Virus record (IMG/VR): IMGVR_UViG_3300045988_075599
Coordinates: 6,354 to 70,353 of that record
Reading direction: 5' to 3' (one strand)
Source: a virus
Length of the DNA: 64,000 nucleotides
The position numbers and the translations under genes were made by a program. Shown piece after piece: positions 35,918 through 45,900 of this stretch. The notes beneath the pieces are model-generated. The model did no database searches. It saw only the letters and a list, made by a program, of their open reading frames with translations, and was not told where the DNA came from. The stretch's first letter is position 1, and every line of letters begins with the position of its first letter.

Positions 35918-35928
35918 AACATCACTCC

Positions 35929-36705
35929 TTATCCCTGAACCATTACCTGCATCGCTTCTCTAAGTTTCGGGTCTAACCTATTCATGTTACTCAGACACCA
36001 CTGCATATATTCTTTCGGTACTTCACTAAGGTGTTTGCCTTTATGTTTACCGAACGGGAATACCATGTCGCCTACTGTGGAAGCTCCGTTGTCTTCTGTA
36101 AATGGGTTCTCTTCATCAAGCGATGTAACAAAGTCATCGAATGAATTTGTAACCATCGCGTCATCCATAGGTGCATTACTTGTCTCTGGCTCCTGTTGTA
36201 CATATCCTTCTGGCAATGCCCACAGAGGGAGATTCGGTTTACGAATTACATTACCCCAGTTATCAATCGGTGCCCATGTTGTAGGCAGGTCATACAGGTA
36301 TCTGCCAATACCCCACGCTGATGCAGCTCGCTTAAATGCACCAGACAGACCGCCCTTAAATGCTTCAAAGTCTGTGAGGTTTGCACCATCTTCTCTGGTG
36401 TACTTCTCTCCACCACTATAGAGTGTGATTGCACAGATAAAACCCTTGATAGGTTCTTCGGTATCGAACCCACGACGCTGGCGTTTGACTGTACCCATGT
36501 CGATTGGTCTATAGTCTACGCTCCACCCATCAATCATATTACGGTCTACTACTTCGTCAAGTCTATTAGCAATAGCTCGTGCGTCAATGTACGCCATAGC
36601 CATGCCTTTAGTACCGTCCTTACTCTTCTTCTGAATACGCCATTCAACATCCTTTGGGTCAAAAGGTTTCTTTAATTCTTTGAGTACGTCTGCAAATAAT
36701 GCCAT
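35929..36705 (-). CDS. Rad52-family single-strand annealing protein with a C-terminal PFGKHKGK motif domain
   Basis: AYIDARAIANRLDEV...GGLSGAFKRAASAWGIGRYLY, plus the C-terminal FPFGKHKGKHLSEVPKEYMQWCL. Confidence 0.75.
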   Translation of the reverse strand: MALFADVLKELKKPFDPKDVEWRIQKKSKDGTKGMAMAYIDARAIANRLDEVVDRNMIDGWSVDYRPIDMGTVKRQRRGFDTEEPIKGFICAITLYSGGEKYTREDGANLTDFEAFKGGLSGAFKRAASAWGIGRYLYDLPTTWAPIDNWGNVIRKPNLPLWALPEGYVQQEPETSNAPMDDAMVTNSFDDFVTSLDEENPFTEDNGASTVGDMVFPFGKHKGKHLSEVPKEYMQWCLSNMNRLDPKLREAMQVMVQG

Positions 36706-36707
36706 GT

Positions 36708-36794
36708 TTATTCTCCTTTGTCATGTAAAAATGTATGAGAAATCATAATACCAATAATAGCTCCGAGCAGTGAGCCGATAAATGTTCCAATCAT
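36708..36794 (-). CDS. 28-aa hydrophobic peptide
   Basis: My translation gives MIGTFIGSLLGAIIGIMISHTFLHDKGE after GAAGGGGGTGA. Below the ORF-track cutoff. Confidence 0.3.
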   Translation of the reverse strand: MIGTFIGSLLGAIIGIMISHTFLHDKGE

Positions 36795-36869
36795 CTTGTC
36801 ACCCCCTTCACTGTAAACAGTATACCACACTTCAACCAAGTTGTCAAGCAGTTTATTTCTAAACTTTTC

Positions 36870-39770
36870 CTAAACTTTCTTGATGGCTGGAGTGAAATCA
36901 ACAATCATTGTTCCTCTAAGTTTCATAAGATAAGTCCTATCAACTTCCAGTGTGCTGCCTTTGTTATCAAAGATAACTAATTCCTTGACAGTACCGTCAA
37001 CAACGCCAGTAACAAAGTGCATAGGCTTGCCCTGTTTAGTCTTGTGTGCTTTACGTTTAGTTACTGTTACAAGAAAAATACTCTTCCCGTCACACAAATC
37101 AGAAACGTAATCATCAACAGTAGAAAAAGAGTATCCGATAGAGGCAAGCTCCATCTCTCCATTAGACTGGACATCACTCTGATGCATGAACTGGAAAGGC
37201 GGTTTACTCTTTCGAGAATCTTTAACCCAATCAATGTACTGTAACAACTCCTCTCTGTTGCCTTCAACTGCACCAGCTTTAACTATAGACTCAAGTACCC
37301 TGCGATTAGCACTCTTGTTGTCCTCTATCCACTGCTTACCATCATGATTGAATGTCAAAGTATCAAATGCATTTCCTACGTATTTCAACATGTCGAATCC
37401 TAAGACTATGTGATTACTCCTAGGCACATAGGTATGCTTAAAAACGTCGTTATTCAACGGTGTTTCTGAGCATTTTAACGATTTTATACTCGGCGGTTCA
37501 ACCTTAACTTGCAGTAGTAGAGAGTGCGAAATGTACTTGGCTACCTTAGCTCTATCATTTTTGTTGTACTCAAGCAGTGAAGCCATGTAGTACGCTGGAT
37601 AATTAGCTTTAAGATAAGCTGTTCTCCATGATGTTAAGCCGTATGCAACTGCGTGTGACTTATTGAACAGGTAGTTAGCCGACTTACTTATACTATCGGA
37701 CAGGTAGTCGATGACATCCTTTGGAACGCCATGTTTAAGTCCTTCTTCTTTGAACTTCTCCATAGCTGGTTCCATTTCGGAAACAACTTTACGTCCGATA
37801 ATCTTACGCAGGATATCCGCTTCACCAAGTGAATATCCACACAGAGCCTGTGCTATCTGCATTACCTGCTCTTGATATAAGATTACACCATATGTATCTT
37901 TGGTAATCTCATCGTACGCTGGGTACAAACTCTTGACTGGCTTGCGTCCAGTTCTTCTATCAACGTAGTCCTTAGCCATACCACTATCAAGTGGGCCTGG
38001 TCTACACAGTGCCATTACAGGTACTAAGTCTGCCGCACCATGGATAGTAATGGAACGAATGAAACCTTTCATCGCAGCTGACTCAATCTGGAAACAACCT
38101 TCTGTCATACCACTATTCAACAATGCACATGTTGTGTCATCTTTCTCTGGTATGTTATTCCAAAGTTTCTGTACGTCCGTACCCATCATGTCAGCCATTC
38201 TATGTACGATGGATAACTGCATAAGTCCAAGCATGTCCAGCTTCAAACACCCCTGTGCTTCAAGGTCATGATAGTCGGTGGCACAAACAAAGTCATCTCC
38301 CTGTTTCTCTATCGAGCACCACTCAGAAGGGTCTCGAGGGAATACCATAACGGCACTGGCGTGCATGCCATAAGACTGTAAACGTCCAAAGAAATGCCGA
38401 GCCAAAGTTCTGAGTCTCTCATCTTTTACTCCTTCCCATGTTTGAAAATTGGTACTAATCTTGTTCACGTAACTTGACGGTAATCCAAGAGCTTGCCCAG
38501 CCCTTTTGATAGCCGCCTTCTCCTGCATGTAATTCATGGTACGCACATGGTAAACATCACCGTATTTCTGTCGAACATACTCTATAACATCGTCTCTCTT
38601 ATCGCTCTCAAAATCAACGTCTATATCGCAAGGAGTTACGCGCTGTTCGTTACAAAAACGTTCAAAGACGTTATGCCATCTTACAGAATCTACTTGAGTA
38701 ATACCCGCGAGATAAGCTGTGCAGCATCCACCAACAGAGCCGCGACCCAGCCCAGTAAGAATACCATGCCCATTACAGTAACCCATAATATCTTTGATAA
38801 TGCACAGATAATTGAGATAATCGCATCGCCGAAGCACAGGTAACTCGCGTTCAACTCGTACCACATAATCATTCTTATTCGGTCTGGTTCCCATGTGCAG
38901 TTTCTTCCACCCTTCGTTGCACCAATCGCGAACTTGTCTTTCAGGGTTTTCAGTATTGTATTTAGGATAATTGTCACCTCCTTCTGGAATTTCAACGTTA
39001 CACTTGTGAACAATGTTGCTGGCTTCTTGAATCATGGCGCTAACCTGTTCTTCACTGAACCCATCTCCCATCATTCTCTGTGTAACTTCTTCACCGTCCA
39101 TCATGTAAAAATCGTTACTGCTATAGGCATCACCAGTTCCCCTGATGCTTACCCACCTAGCGTGATAAGTAACATCAGCAGGACTGGAATAATGACTATC
39201 GTTAGTAACAAGCACGTTATAACCGTGAGCCACAGCATAATCGTAAACTCGCTTGTTGTATTCTTTCTGCTCCCCAAACTCATGCGGCTGTACCTCCATG
39301 TAGAAATCATCACCGAACAACTTAGCAACATCATCGACAACATCGGGATAACGATTAAAGAACCCAGCTATACATGCGGTAGTACAAATCAATCCTTCAT
39401 GATACATCTCTAAATCTTTGATGCCTATTCTAGGCTTGCGATAGAACTGATGTGCCGCCGCAGTAGACAGTCTATATAAGTTCCTAAGTCCATCAATGTC
39501 CTTAGCTAACAGTATGATGTGAGCATTCTCTCCGCTCTTCATCTCTGGTTCTGGACAAAAGTAACCTTCCATACCGAGGATAGGTTTGATACCAGACTGT
39601 TTGCATTTATGATAAAACGCATACAGCCCAGTCGTTGTACCATGGTCTGTCAACGCTACTGCTTCATACCCAAGCTCTTTACCTCTCTGGATAATCTCGT
39701 CGATAGTACAGTACCCATCTCCTATGGAATAGTCGGAGTGTTGATGTAAGTTTGTAAATGTACTACTCAT
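36870..39770 (-). CDS. dnaE: DNA polymerase III alpha-type replicase (DnaE-like, N-terminal PHP domain)
   Basis: NLHQHSDYSIGDG...ALTDHG PHP motifs, and the palm GRGSVGGCCTAYLAGITQVD...FERFCNEQRVTPCDIDVDF. Confidence 0.9.
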   Translation of the reverse strand: MSSTFTNLHQHSDYSIGDGYCTIDEIIQRGKELGYEAVALTDHGTTTGLYAFYHKCKQSGIKPILGMEGYFCPEPEMKSGENAHIILLAKDIDGLRNLYRLSTAAAHQFYRKPRIGIKDLEMYHEGLICTTACIAGFFNRYPDVVDDVAKLFGDDFYMEVQPHEFGEQKEYNKRVYDYAVAHGYNVLVTNDSHYSSPADVTYHARWVSIRGTGDAYSSNDFYMMDGEEVTQRMMGDGFSEEQVSAMIQEASNIVHKCNVEIPEGGDNYPKYNTENPERQVRDWCNEGWKKLHMGTRPNKNDYVVRVERELPVLRRCDYLNYLCIIKDIMGYCNGHGILTGLGRGSVGGCCTAYLAGITQVDSVRWHNVFERFCNEQRVTPCDIDVDFESDKRDDVIEYVRQKYGDVYHVRTMNYMQEKAAIKRAGQALGLPSSYVNKISTNFQTWEGVKDERLRTLARHFFGRLQSYGMHASAVMVFPRDPSEWCSIEKQGDDFVCATDYHDLEAQGCLKLDMLGLMQLSIVHRMADMMGTDVQKLWNNIPEKDDTTCALLNSGMTEGCFQIESAAMKGFIRSITIHGAADLVPVMALCRPGPLDSGMAKDYVDRRTGRKPVKSLYPAYDEITKDTYGVILYQEQVMQIAQALCGYSLGEADILRKIIGRKVVSEMEPAMEKFKEEGLKHGVPKDVIDYLSDSISKSANYLFNKSHAVAYGLTSWRTAYLKANYPAYYMASLLEYNKNDRAKVAKYISHSLLLQVKVEPPSIKSLKCSETPLNNDVFKHTYVPRSNHIVLGFDMLKYVGNAFDTLTFNHDGKQWIEDNKSANRRVLESIVKAGAVEGNREELLQYIDWVKDSRKSKPPFQFMHQSDVQSNGEMELASIGYSFSTVDDYVSDLCDGKSIFLVTVTKRKAHKTKQGKPMHFVTGVVDGTVKELVIFDNKGSTLEVDRTYLMKLRGTMIVDFTPAIKKV

Positions 39771-40203
39771 CTGACGCTTCCTTTCTTTGTTTCTCTAGTG
39801 TCATCTTCTCCCACTCCTTACGTGCTGACTCTTTTGCTTCTTCCATCTTCTTGAGATACAGACCGTAGTACGTATCACTCTTCTGTTGCATGTAGTTAGA
39901 CACGTAATCTTCTGAGTCAAGACTCTCACGTATTCTGTCATTCTCTTCCGTGTGTTCACCAGTGTACTCTTCAACGAGTACCTCTACTGGATATGCACAC
40001 AAATAGATATGGAATGGGGTTTCTACATAGGACAAACACTCACGACCATTAAGGTTGTTCAATACTTGGTTAGGCATAGGTGCATTTGTTTTACTTGTCA
40101 TACGTCTCATTGTATGTTTCTTTCCTGCACCATATAAACCAAGTACGTCTGCCTTATGTATATATACACCAAAACCAAGATTCATTAACTCTTTATCCTT
40201 CAT
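39763..40203 (-). CDS. hypothetical protein, first gene of the replication operon
   Basis: ORF trimmed to the ATG at 40203 (GGAAAGGGGGTGAGCCAG upstream). The longer version would run through the promoter cluster. Confidence 0.5.
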   Translation of the reverse strand: MKDKELMNLGFGVYIHKADVLGLYGAGKKHTMRRMTSKTNAPMPNQVLNNLNGRECLSYVETPFHIYLCAYPVEVLVEEYTGEHTEENDRIRESLDSEDYVSNYMQQKSDTYYGLYLKKMEEAKESARKEWEKMTLEKQRKEASDE

Positions 40204-40233
40204 CTGGCTCACCCCCTTTCCGACTTCATTTGA

Positions 40234-40262
40234 ATTGTACCATGGTTCCAAAAATTTGTCAA
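40234..40262 (-). promoter_or_regulatory. consensus sigma70/sigmaA promoter for the replication block
   Basis: Minus strand reads TTGACA, a 17-nt spacer ending TGg, then TACAAT, about 30 nt upstream of the ATG at 40203. Confidence 0.75.
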
Positions 40263-40296
40263 GTGATTTTTTGAAAAAATTTTTCGGAAAAAGTTG

Positions 40297-40325
40297 TTGA
40301 CAAAAATCGGTGGCTATGGTATTAT
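40297..40325 (+). promoter_or_regulatory. consensus promoter P1 (early, rightward)
   Basis: TTGACA (40297-40302), a 17-nt spacer ending TGg, then TATTAT (40320-40325). Confidence 0.75.
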
Positions 40326-40365
40326 ATTGTTGCCAGAAATTTTCCAAGAATTTCAAAAGAAAGGC

Positions 40366-40394
40366 TTGACAAAGTTTCTGTTTTGTAGTACAAT
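40366..40394 (+). promoter_or_regulatory. consensus promoter P2 (early, rightward)
   Basis: TTGACA (40366-40371), 17 nt, then TACAAT (40389-40394). Confidence 0.75.
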
Positions 40395-40439
40395 ATTGTT
40401 GTAGAAAAAGTGGACAATTAAATATATTAGTAACCGTTG

Positions 40440-40960
40440 TATTGCGAATACATCTCAGACAATATAACACGGTGTTGTAGATACTATTGTTGACCGAAAC
40501 TCAAACACGTAGAAAGATATGGTTACAGGAAATCAGGGTACTTTATGTATTAGTATCTCAGTGAAGACCAGAAGTTATCCACACTTCATGGGGGTCAGGC
40601 ACAAGTAATATCCGTCATAGGGAGAATTTTTATGGTGGGTTAAAATCCACCCCCACAACATTTAGGCAGGAGGCTCAAGTCGAAAGACGGCGTTGGACAA
40701 CCACTTACCAAGGGTTGAGTGAGGTTTAAGTTCTTCGAGAACTAGGTGTGTTGTCACCTTAAACGACCGAGGCGATGGGGTTCATTCCATTATCTCTGTT
40801 AAGACGCTACGTACTGACCGTGAAGTATGCAACCTTTACGGTTTTGTATGCGGCGTCTACCTCTTCACTCCCTCAGCTCCGAGGTTCATCCCCTCCGCAA
40901 GGGGTGAAGCTCGGAGTTGCTGGGGACTATCCAACAAATTCTAAATAAAATTTACTTTTA
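40440..40960 (+). ncRNA. ORF-free structured transcript or leader downstream of P1/P2
   Basis: No ORF. Helices include GGTGGG/CCACCC (40634-40652), AGTTCT-tcg-AGAACT, and ACCGTGAAG/CTTTACGGT nested in GACGC/GCGTC. A long imperfect hairpin spans 40875-40918 with no U tract after it. Confidence 0.3.
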
Positions 40961-40964
40961 CCTC

Positions 40965-40993
40965 TTGACAAACCTTATTTCCTATGGTATACT
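40965..40993 (+). promoter_or_regulatory. consensus promoter P3, directly upstream of the early genes
   Basis: TTGACA (40965-40970), a 17-nt spacer ending TGg, then TATACT (40988-40993). Confidence 0.75.
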
Positions 40994-41036
40994 ATACATA
41001 GATTAAGGATGAAGTAAATAGAAAGGAGAAAAGGAA

Positions 41037-41672
41037 ATGAAAGAGTCTATTGGATTCAAATTAGGAGATAGGGTATACGCTCCGTATCACGGATACGGTA
41101 CTGTGACGGCAATCCTTTCTAACACTGTATACCCGATTGAGGTAACGTGGGACGTTGGTTGGGGCTTAGGTGCATATACTAGCATGTTTACTTCAGATGG
41201 TCATTTATCAAGGTTCATTGATAAAGATGATACCACTATAAGCGTAGTAAAAGATGGGAAAGGAGTAGAGAATAATATGGAAGAAGAACTTAAAGTTGGC
41301 GACTGGGTATGGTTGGGCCCTAACGAGAAAGGTATTATTACATTCATTTATCCCGATAAAGATAAATGCATTGTCGATTCTGAATTGGACGGGGAGGTTG
41401 AAGTAGTGATGGCTGGTCTTACGAAGGTCGAGTATTCCCCGATTAACCCGTCTCATTATCAGGTGATAGGTATTCCAGAAGCTATTGATATCATGAAACA
41501 TCTCATGACTCAGGAACAGTTTAAGGGATTCCTTTGGGGTAACATCATTAAGTATGCATATCGGTATGGACGTAAGGGAGACGAACACGATACAGCAGGA
41601 AAGATTGAGTGGTATGCGAATAGACTTAAAGAAGTGTGTGCAGAAGAGAAGAAGGAGCAGGAACGAGAATGA
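41037..41672 (+). CDS. early protein: two SH3/Tudor-like repeats plus a DUF3310-like C-terminal domain
   Basis: KLGDRVYAPYHGYGTVTAI and KVGDWVWLGPNEKGIITFI. The C-terminal NPSHYQVIGIPEAIDIM...WGNIIKYAYRYGRKG...KIEWYANRL resembles the DUF3310 pattern (from memory). Confidence 0.5.
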   Translation: MKESIGFKLGDRVYAPYHGYGTVTAILSNTVYPIEVTWDVGWGLGAYTSMFTSDGHLSRFIDKDDTTISVVKDGKGVENNMEEELKVGDWVWLGPNEKGIITFIYPDKDKCIVDSELDGEVEVVMAGLTKVEYSPINPSHYQVIGIPEAIDIMKHLMTQEQFKGFLWGNIIKYAYRYGRKGDEHDTAGKIEWYANRLKEVCAEEKKEQERE

Positions 41673-41956
41673 AACTTAAAAAGTTACTTAAATTGATTCC
41701 AGATGAATATAAGATTGGCATTACAGATTATGCAGAAGAGGTTATGTTCGTCTCATACGGGACGAAAGAAGAGGCTGTTACGAACTTCGCCCAAAAGACA
41801 ACGCTCACAAAAGAAGCGATTGAAGATATGAGGGTAGCTACCGTTAGTCCTTGCGCTAGGGTTTACTGTGTAGACCAACATGTATTTTGCGATACAGAGC
41901 CTCCGCTTAATATTGAGCCGCAGCTCTATATCGAAGTCCATATGACGAAGGAGTGA
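41669..41956 (+). CDS. small early protein, MKLxxLL family
   Basis: ATGA overlap with the upstream stop. N-terminus MKLKKLLKLIPDEYKIGI. Confidence 0.5.
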   Translation: MKLKKLLKLIPDEYKIGITDYAEEVMFVSYGTKEEAVTNFAQKTTLTKEAIEDMRVATVSPCARVYCVDQHVFCDTEPPLNIEPQLYIEVHMTKE

Positions 41957-41962
41957 TGTACA

Positions 41963-42244
41963 ATGAAACTAGCAGAATTGTTACCACTTATTACCGAGCA
42001 GACTATGATTGAGTTGTCATATCTAAGTGGCTCTGATACTAGGGTGGCGTGCCGCTGCTGTGACACACACTCCGTTATTGATTATATCCGAGAAGAAGGG
42101 CAGAATATAGCGGAGCTAATTGTTGTTTCCGTAGACCCTGATGTCTATTACTTCGATGATTACGATTGGTACGCTTACGACCCACCAAAGCCAGAGTTAC
42201 TTATTACCGTAGATGGATGGGAGGAAACAGTAGCTCATTGGTGA
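41963..42244 (+). CDS. small early protein, MKLxxLL family
   Basis: N-terminus MKLAELLPLITEQTMIEL. SD GAAGGAGTG. Confidence 0.5.
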   Translation: MKLAELLPLITEQTMIELSYLSGSDTRVACRCCDTHSVIDYIREEGQNIAELIVVSVDPDVYYFDDYDWYAYDPPKPELLITVDGWEETVAHW

Positions 42245-42258
42245 ACTGGAGGTACAAT

Positions 42259-42345
42259 ATGGATTACTTTGGAGTGTTTATTCTAGCCCTGTATTTTCTT
42301 GTATATATATGGGCAATTGTTATGACTGTATATTACGGCTGGTAG
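42259..42345 (+). CDS. 28-aa hydrophobic peptide
   Basis: My translation gives MDYFGVFILALYFLVYIWAIVMTVYYGW after CTGGAGGTACAAT. Confidence 0.3.
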   Translation: MDYFGVFILALYFLVYIWAIVMTVYYGW

Positions 42346-42360
42346 ATTGGAGGTTATATT

Positions 42361-42573
42361 ATGTTTGATTGGAAAGGTTATATTGCTAACGTAGCGCGTA
42401 ATGTTGTATCTGTATCCTCGTTCATTGGTGCGGTGGCTGCACTTCTGGACGGTTGTGTGATAGCTGGTGTAGCATTTATTCTCATCTATGCGATTGTCGC
42501 TACTGATGAGGATTGGTATTGTGCTCTTGATGATGACAACGATAGTGATAACGACACAGAAAAGAAGGAGTAG
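42361..42573 (+). CDS. small membrane protein with an acidic tail
   Basis: ORF track. Hydrophobic stretches VSSFIGAVAALLDGCVIAGVAFILIYAIV. SD TGGAGGT. Confidence 0.5.
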   Translation: MFDWKGYIANVARNVVSVSSFIGAVAALLDGCVIAGVAFILIYAIVATDEDWYCALDDDNDSDNDTEKKE

Positions 42574-42578
42574 TTTCT

Positions 42579-42899
42579 ATGAAACTAAAAGAATACTTGT
42601 ATTACTTAATTGCTAGTGAACCTGTGACCATCGCAGATGCGGAAGTAGTTGAACAGCTTAATCGACGTTGGTTCGATGGGGTCACTACATTTGCGGATAA
42701 GACGCTAATCCCTAAAGAGGTTCTGGATTTAGAAGTGCGGAAGTTTGGCGGTGACACTTACTTTCCTGGCAACTTCTGTTCAGAAGAAGAGGAATGGTTG
42801 TATGATAGTTATGAGGATTGGTATGGATGCGTTGAATTTTACGTTGAGGGTTATCAGAAAGTAAAAGAAAGACTAAAACTTAAAGAGATTGTTAAGTAA
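42579..42899 (+). CDS. small early protein, MKLxxLL family
   Basis: N-terminus MKLKEYLYYLIASEPVTI. SD GAAGGAG. Confidence 0.5.
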   Translation: MKLKEYLYYLIASEPVTIADAEVVEQLNRRWFDGVTTFADKTLIPKEVLDLEVRKFGGDTYFPGNFCSEEEEWLYDSYEDWYGCVEFYVEGYQKVKERLKLKEIVK

Positions 42900-42907
42900 A
42901 TTAAAAA

Positions 42908-42933
42908 GGGAGGCTTTCGCCTCCCTATTTTTA
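42908..42933. terminator. bidirectional terminator between the early block and the giant gene
   Basis: AAAAA-GGGAGGC-tttc-GCCTCCC-TATTTTTA. Confidence 0.8.
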
Positions 42934-42937
42934 TTGC

Positions 42938-45900
42938 TTAACTCAGCAAGTTACCAAGTGCTCTTACGTCAGAACGTACAATCTCAGCTTCTTCACTCTT
43001 CGATTTAGTTACCATCTTCTCTGCCTGTTCAGCTGTAATCTTTGGCTTGATGTATTTGTCTACTGTCTTGTGTGCCTGTTCTGGTGTCTTGCCATAGTCT
43101 TGCAGTTTCTTGAGATTAGCTTCCGTCGGGTTATTGACGTAAGCAATCATAGCATCCTTAGCCTTGTTAGAGTATTCCTGATTCTCATCGGTGATAAATC
43201 TATTGATATCTGTGTCGAGTTTATTCTCGATTGGGTTAAAGCCCATGAAGTTCTTAGCCCTGTCTGCGTTACTCATAGACTGGTATTCCGTCTTAGGCAT
43301 TAACTTACTGTAAGAATAATACTGACCTCTAGCCGCCTGTAACCATCTCGATGCCGCTGGTACTGCTTTCAACCAAGCGAACATTAACTGGTCTGTCGTG
43401 TACTTGTCGTACAGGATAGCGTCATAGCTTGCACCGACCGCAGAACTGAAATCAATAGCTGTCCCTAACGACGGGCCACCAAGGTTACGTAAGTCTGTCG
43501 GGTCTTTCATGATATCGGAAAGACCTACCTTCTTACTGATATCTACACCTAGCACTGGAGCTGCGATACCATAACACAGTGCTTCGCCGATAGCCTGTGG
43601 TACTGGGCCTCTTTTACCTACTGCTTTCAGGATAAAAGATTTTATCCAGTCCTCTGGGTTCGTACCAGTGATTGCCTGAGACATGCCAGAAATCATAGTC
43701 ATCATCGGGATACCAGAGATAACACCAGAGAACAACATCATTGTTCCAAGGAATCTCTTGAGCTCTGTACTCTTCTTATTCTTGAGCATCCAACTCATAA
43801 AGTCGAAAGTCTGGAACCCGTAAGATGCAAACTGGAACACACACTTAGCAAGCTGTCCGCCTTTAGCCAAAAGCAGTGGGTCTGTTGCTCTGTTGAAGTT
43901 GAAGTTTGTGCGATATACGAAGTCTCTAATCATAAGCATACGCTGCATGTTGTACTCTTCTTCACCAAGCTCCGATTTGCTTTCACGGAACTTCTTGTAC
44001 TTAGGGCTGGTGTCAAGCAGGTGCTGTGCTACCAGTGCCGCAAACAATCTACACGAGAGGTCTGCACCTCTGAATCCACCCATGCCTAAGTTAAGAATAT
44101 TCTTACCAGTCTTTGGCAAGAGGTCGATAACACTATCCCCCTCGTACGCGCTACCAGCGTTACCTAACTGAGCAGCCATATCATTGATTGCTATCTCACT
44201 GTCTTTACCTGTTAATGTTCCGTACATCTCATCGAATGCTTGTAATTCAATAGCAGATTTATCTCCTCGTTTCAGCGCCTCTTGGAATGCGTTCTCCCCT
44301 TCCTGCTCGAACAGACTCTTACCTTGTTTGGTAAGATACAGGTCAGCCATTACCTGCTGAATCTCTTTACCGTATGCGCTTACATCAAACTCGTTTTTCA
44401 AGATGTCAGACGGCTTATGCGCCTTAGCTAAGATACCTGGCATTTTCTTCATCGCATAAGCAAACGCGCTTTCTCCCCCTAGTGCATACACGTTAGCTAA
44501 CTGTGCATACTGTGCGAGTGCTGTACTTACATTGAACATACCGAGTTTCAGATAGACGTTGACTGCGATACTGTTGTGAAGCAATGCAGGAAGCCACATG
44601 TCTGGCAGGTATACACCACATGCGTTCAGGATATTGCGCATACCAGGAACTGCATAGATAGCGTCAACCACCATGACACTGAGTCTTCTCATGAATCCGT
44701 CTACTGGCTTATCTCTACCGTTCATATTATCTACAAGTTCGCACATAATATTGTATGGCGAGTAATAAGAATCTCTCTTAGTTCTATCGTAGTTTCTTCC
44801 TGTGTACTTGTAGATAGTTTGTGTCATATCTCTATAGAACGGAGTCAGTGCCTCAACACTATTTACGGTATGTAAGTAATGCTTCAACGAACCGATAACG
44901 TCATGGGAATACAGTCCATTATCAGATGTACGTTCACGTGAATAGTTGGCTGCTAAATACTGTGCACCACTTGCTTTTAAGGCATCGCTAACTTGCCTAA
45001 ATGTTTGAACTTTGTTTTTGCTTACGCGAATCATCTTAGCTGTGCGAATCAAACGTGGCTTATATTTACCGAACTCTTCTTCGTCTTGCTCGTCCATATT
45101 ACGAAGAGCGTCAATAATTTTCTCAATACTATCTTCGCCTTCCCATTTCTCACTGGCATTGAATTTCTTACGAATGAACTGCGCCAGTCTATCTGGGATG
45201 TCATCAGTAGCGCGATTTTTCCCTTTCTCAATATCTTCATCTGTGAGTGCCCCTATTGATGGGTCAACGTTGCCAACAATATCTGTACGACCACCGCCCT
45301 GTTCTTGCAACCATTCGTCACGTGTCTTTTCTACATACCGTTCGTTTTTCCCGATAGGATGTTCATTTCTGTATTTAGCTCTATCACGTTTACTTTCAAA
45401 AGAACCAATACTGTACGTAATAACCTGATAATACTTACCATCTTTCTGGATGATGAAACCTGCCTTGACAGATTTTGGATTAACCTGCTCTTCATCAATT
45501 TCGTTCCATACTTCTTTCTGAAGGATGTATCTGGAATAATATCTCGGTGCATATGCATGTAAGAACCCAGTCTCGGTACGATTGATGATGTCGTCGTTCT
45601 GCATAGCTCTCTTCTGTTCTCTTGAGTAGGCATTCATCAGTAATGCACGGTACAATGCTTGGCTTGCGATAAATCTATCAATGATAGGCTGAGCATAACC
45701 AGCGTCCTTCATGGCTTTGCGTCTGAAGCGTTCGCACTCTTTCAATACCTGCTTCTGTAATCTAACTTTCATATTGGCTCGACCCTTCACCCCAGTGCCA
45801 TCTTCGTTAGATGGGTGTGCAATGAACAGGTTTTTGAACTTACCATCCTTCATACGTGTATCTGGACATGCATAGAATACTAGCGTACCAGTATCTTCTC

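Noticed and set aside
40204-40470. N-terminal 89 aa of the 235-aa ORF 39763..40470
   Set aside because: This stretch is made of the promoter cluster (T/A-rich, Phe/Leu/Lys/Cys-rich translation). The ATG at 40203 has a strong SD and sits about 30 nt downstream of a consensus promoter.
40770-40800. tRNA- or tmRNA-like T-arm (GGGGTTCATTCC) in the structured leader
   Set aside because: The 3' side does not complement it to form a T stem (..CCATTATC). There is no acceptor stem or CCA, and no tag-peptide ORF.
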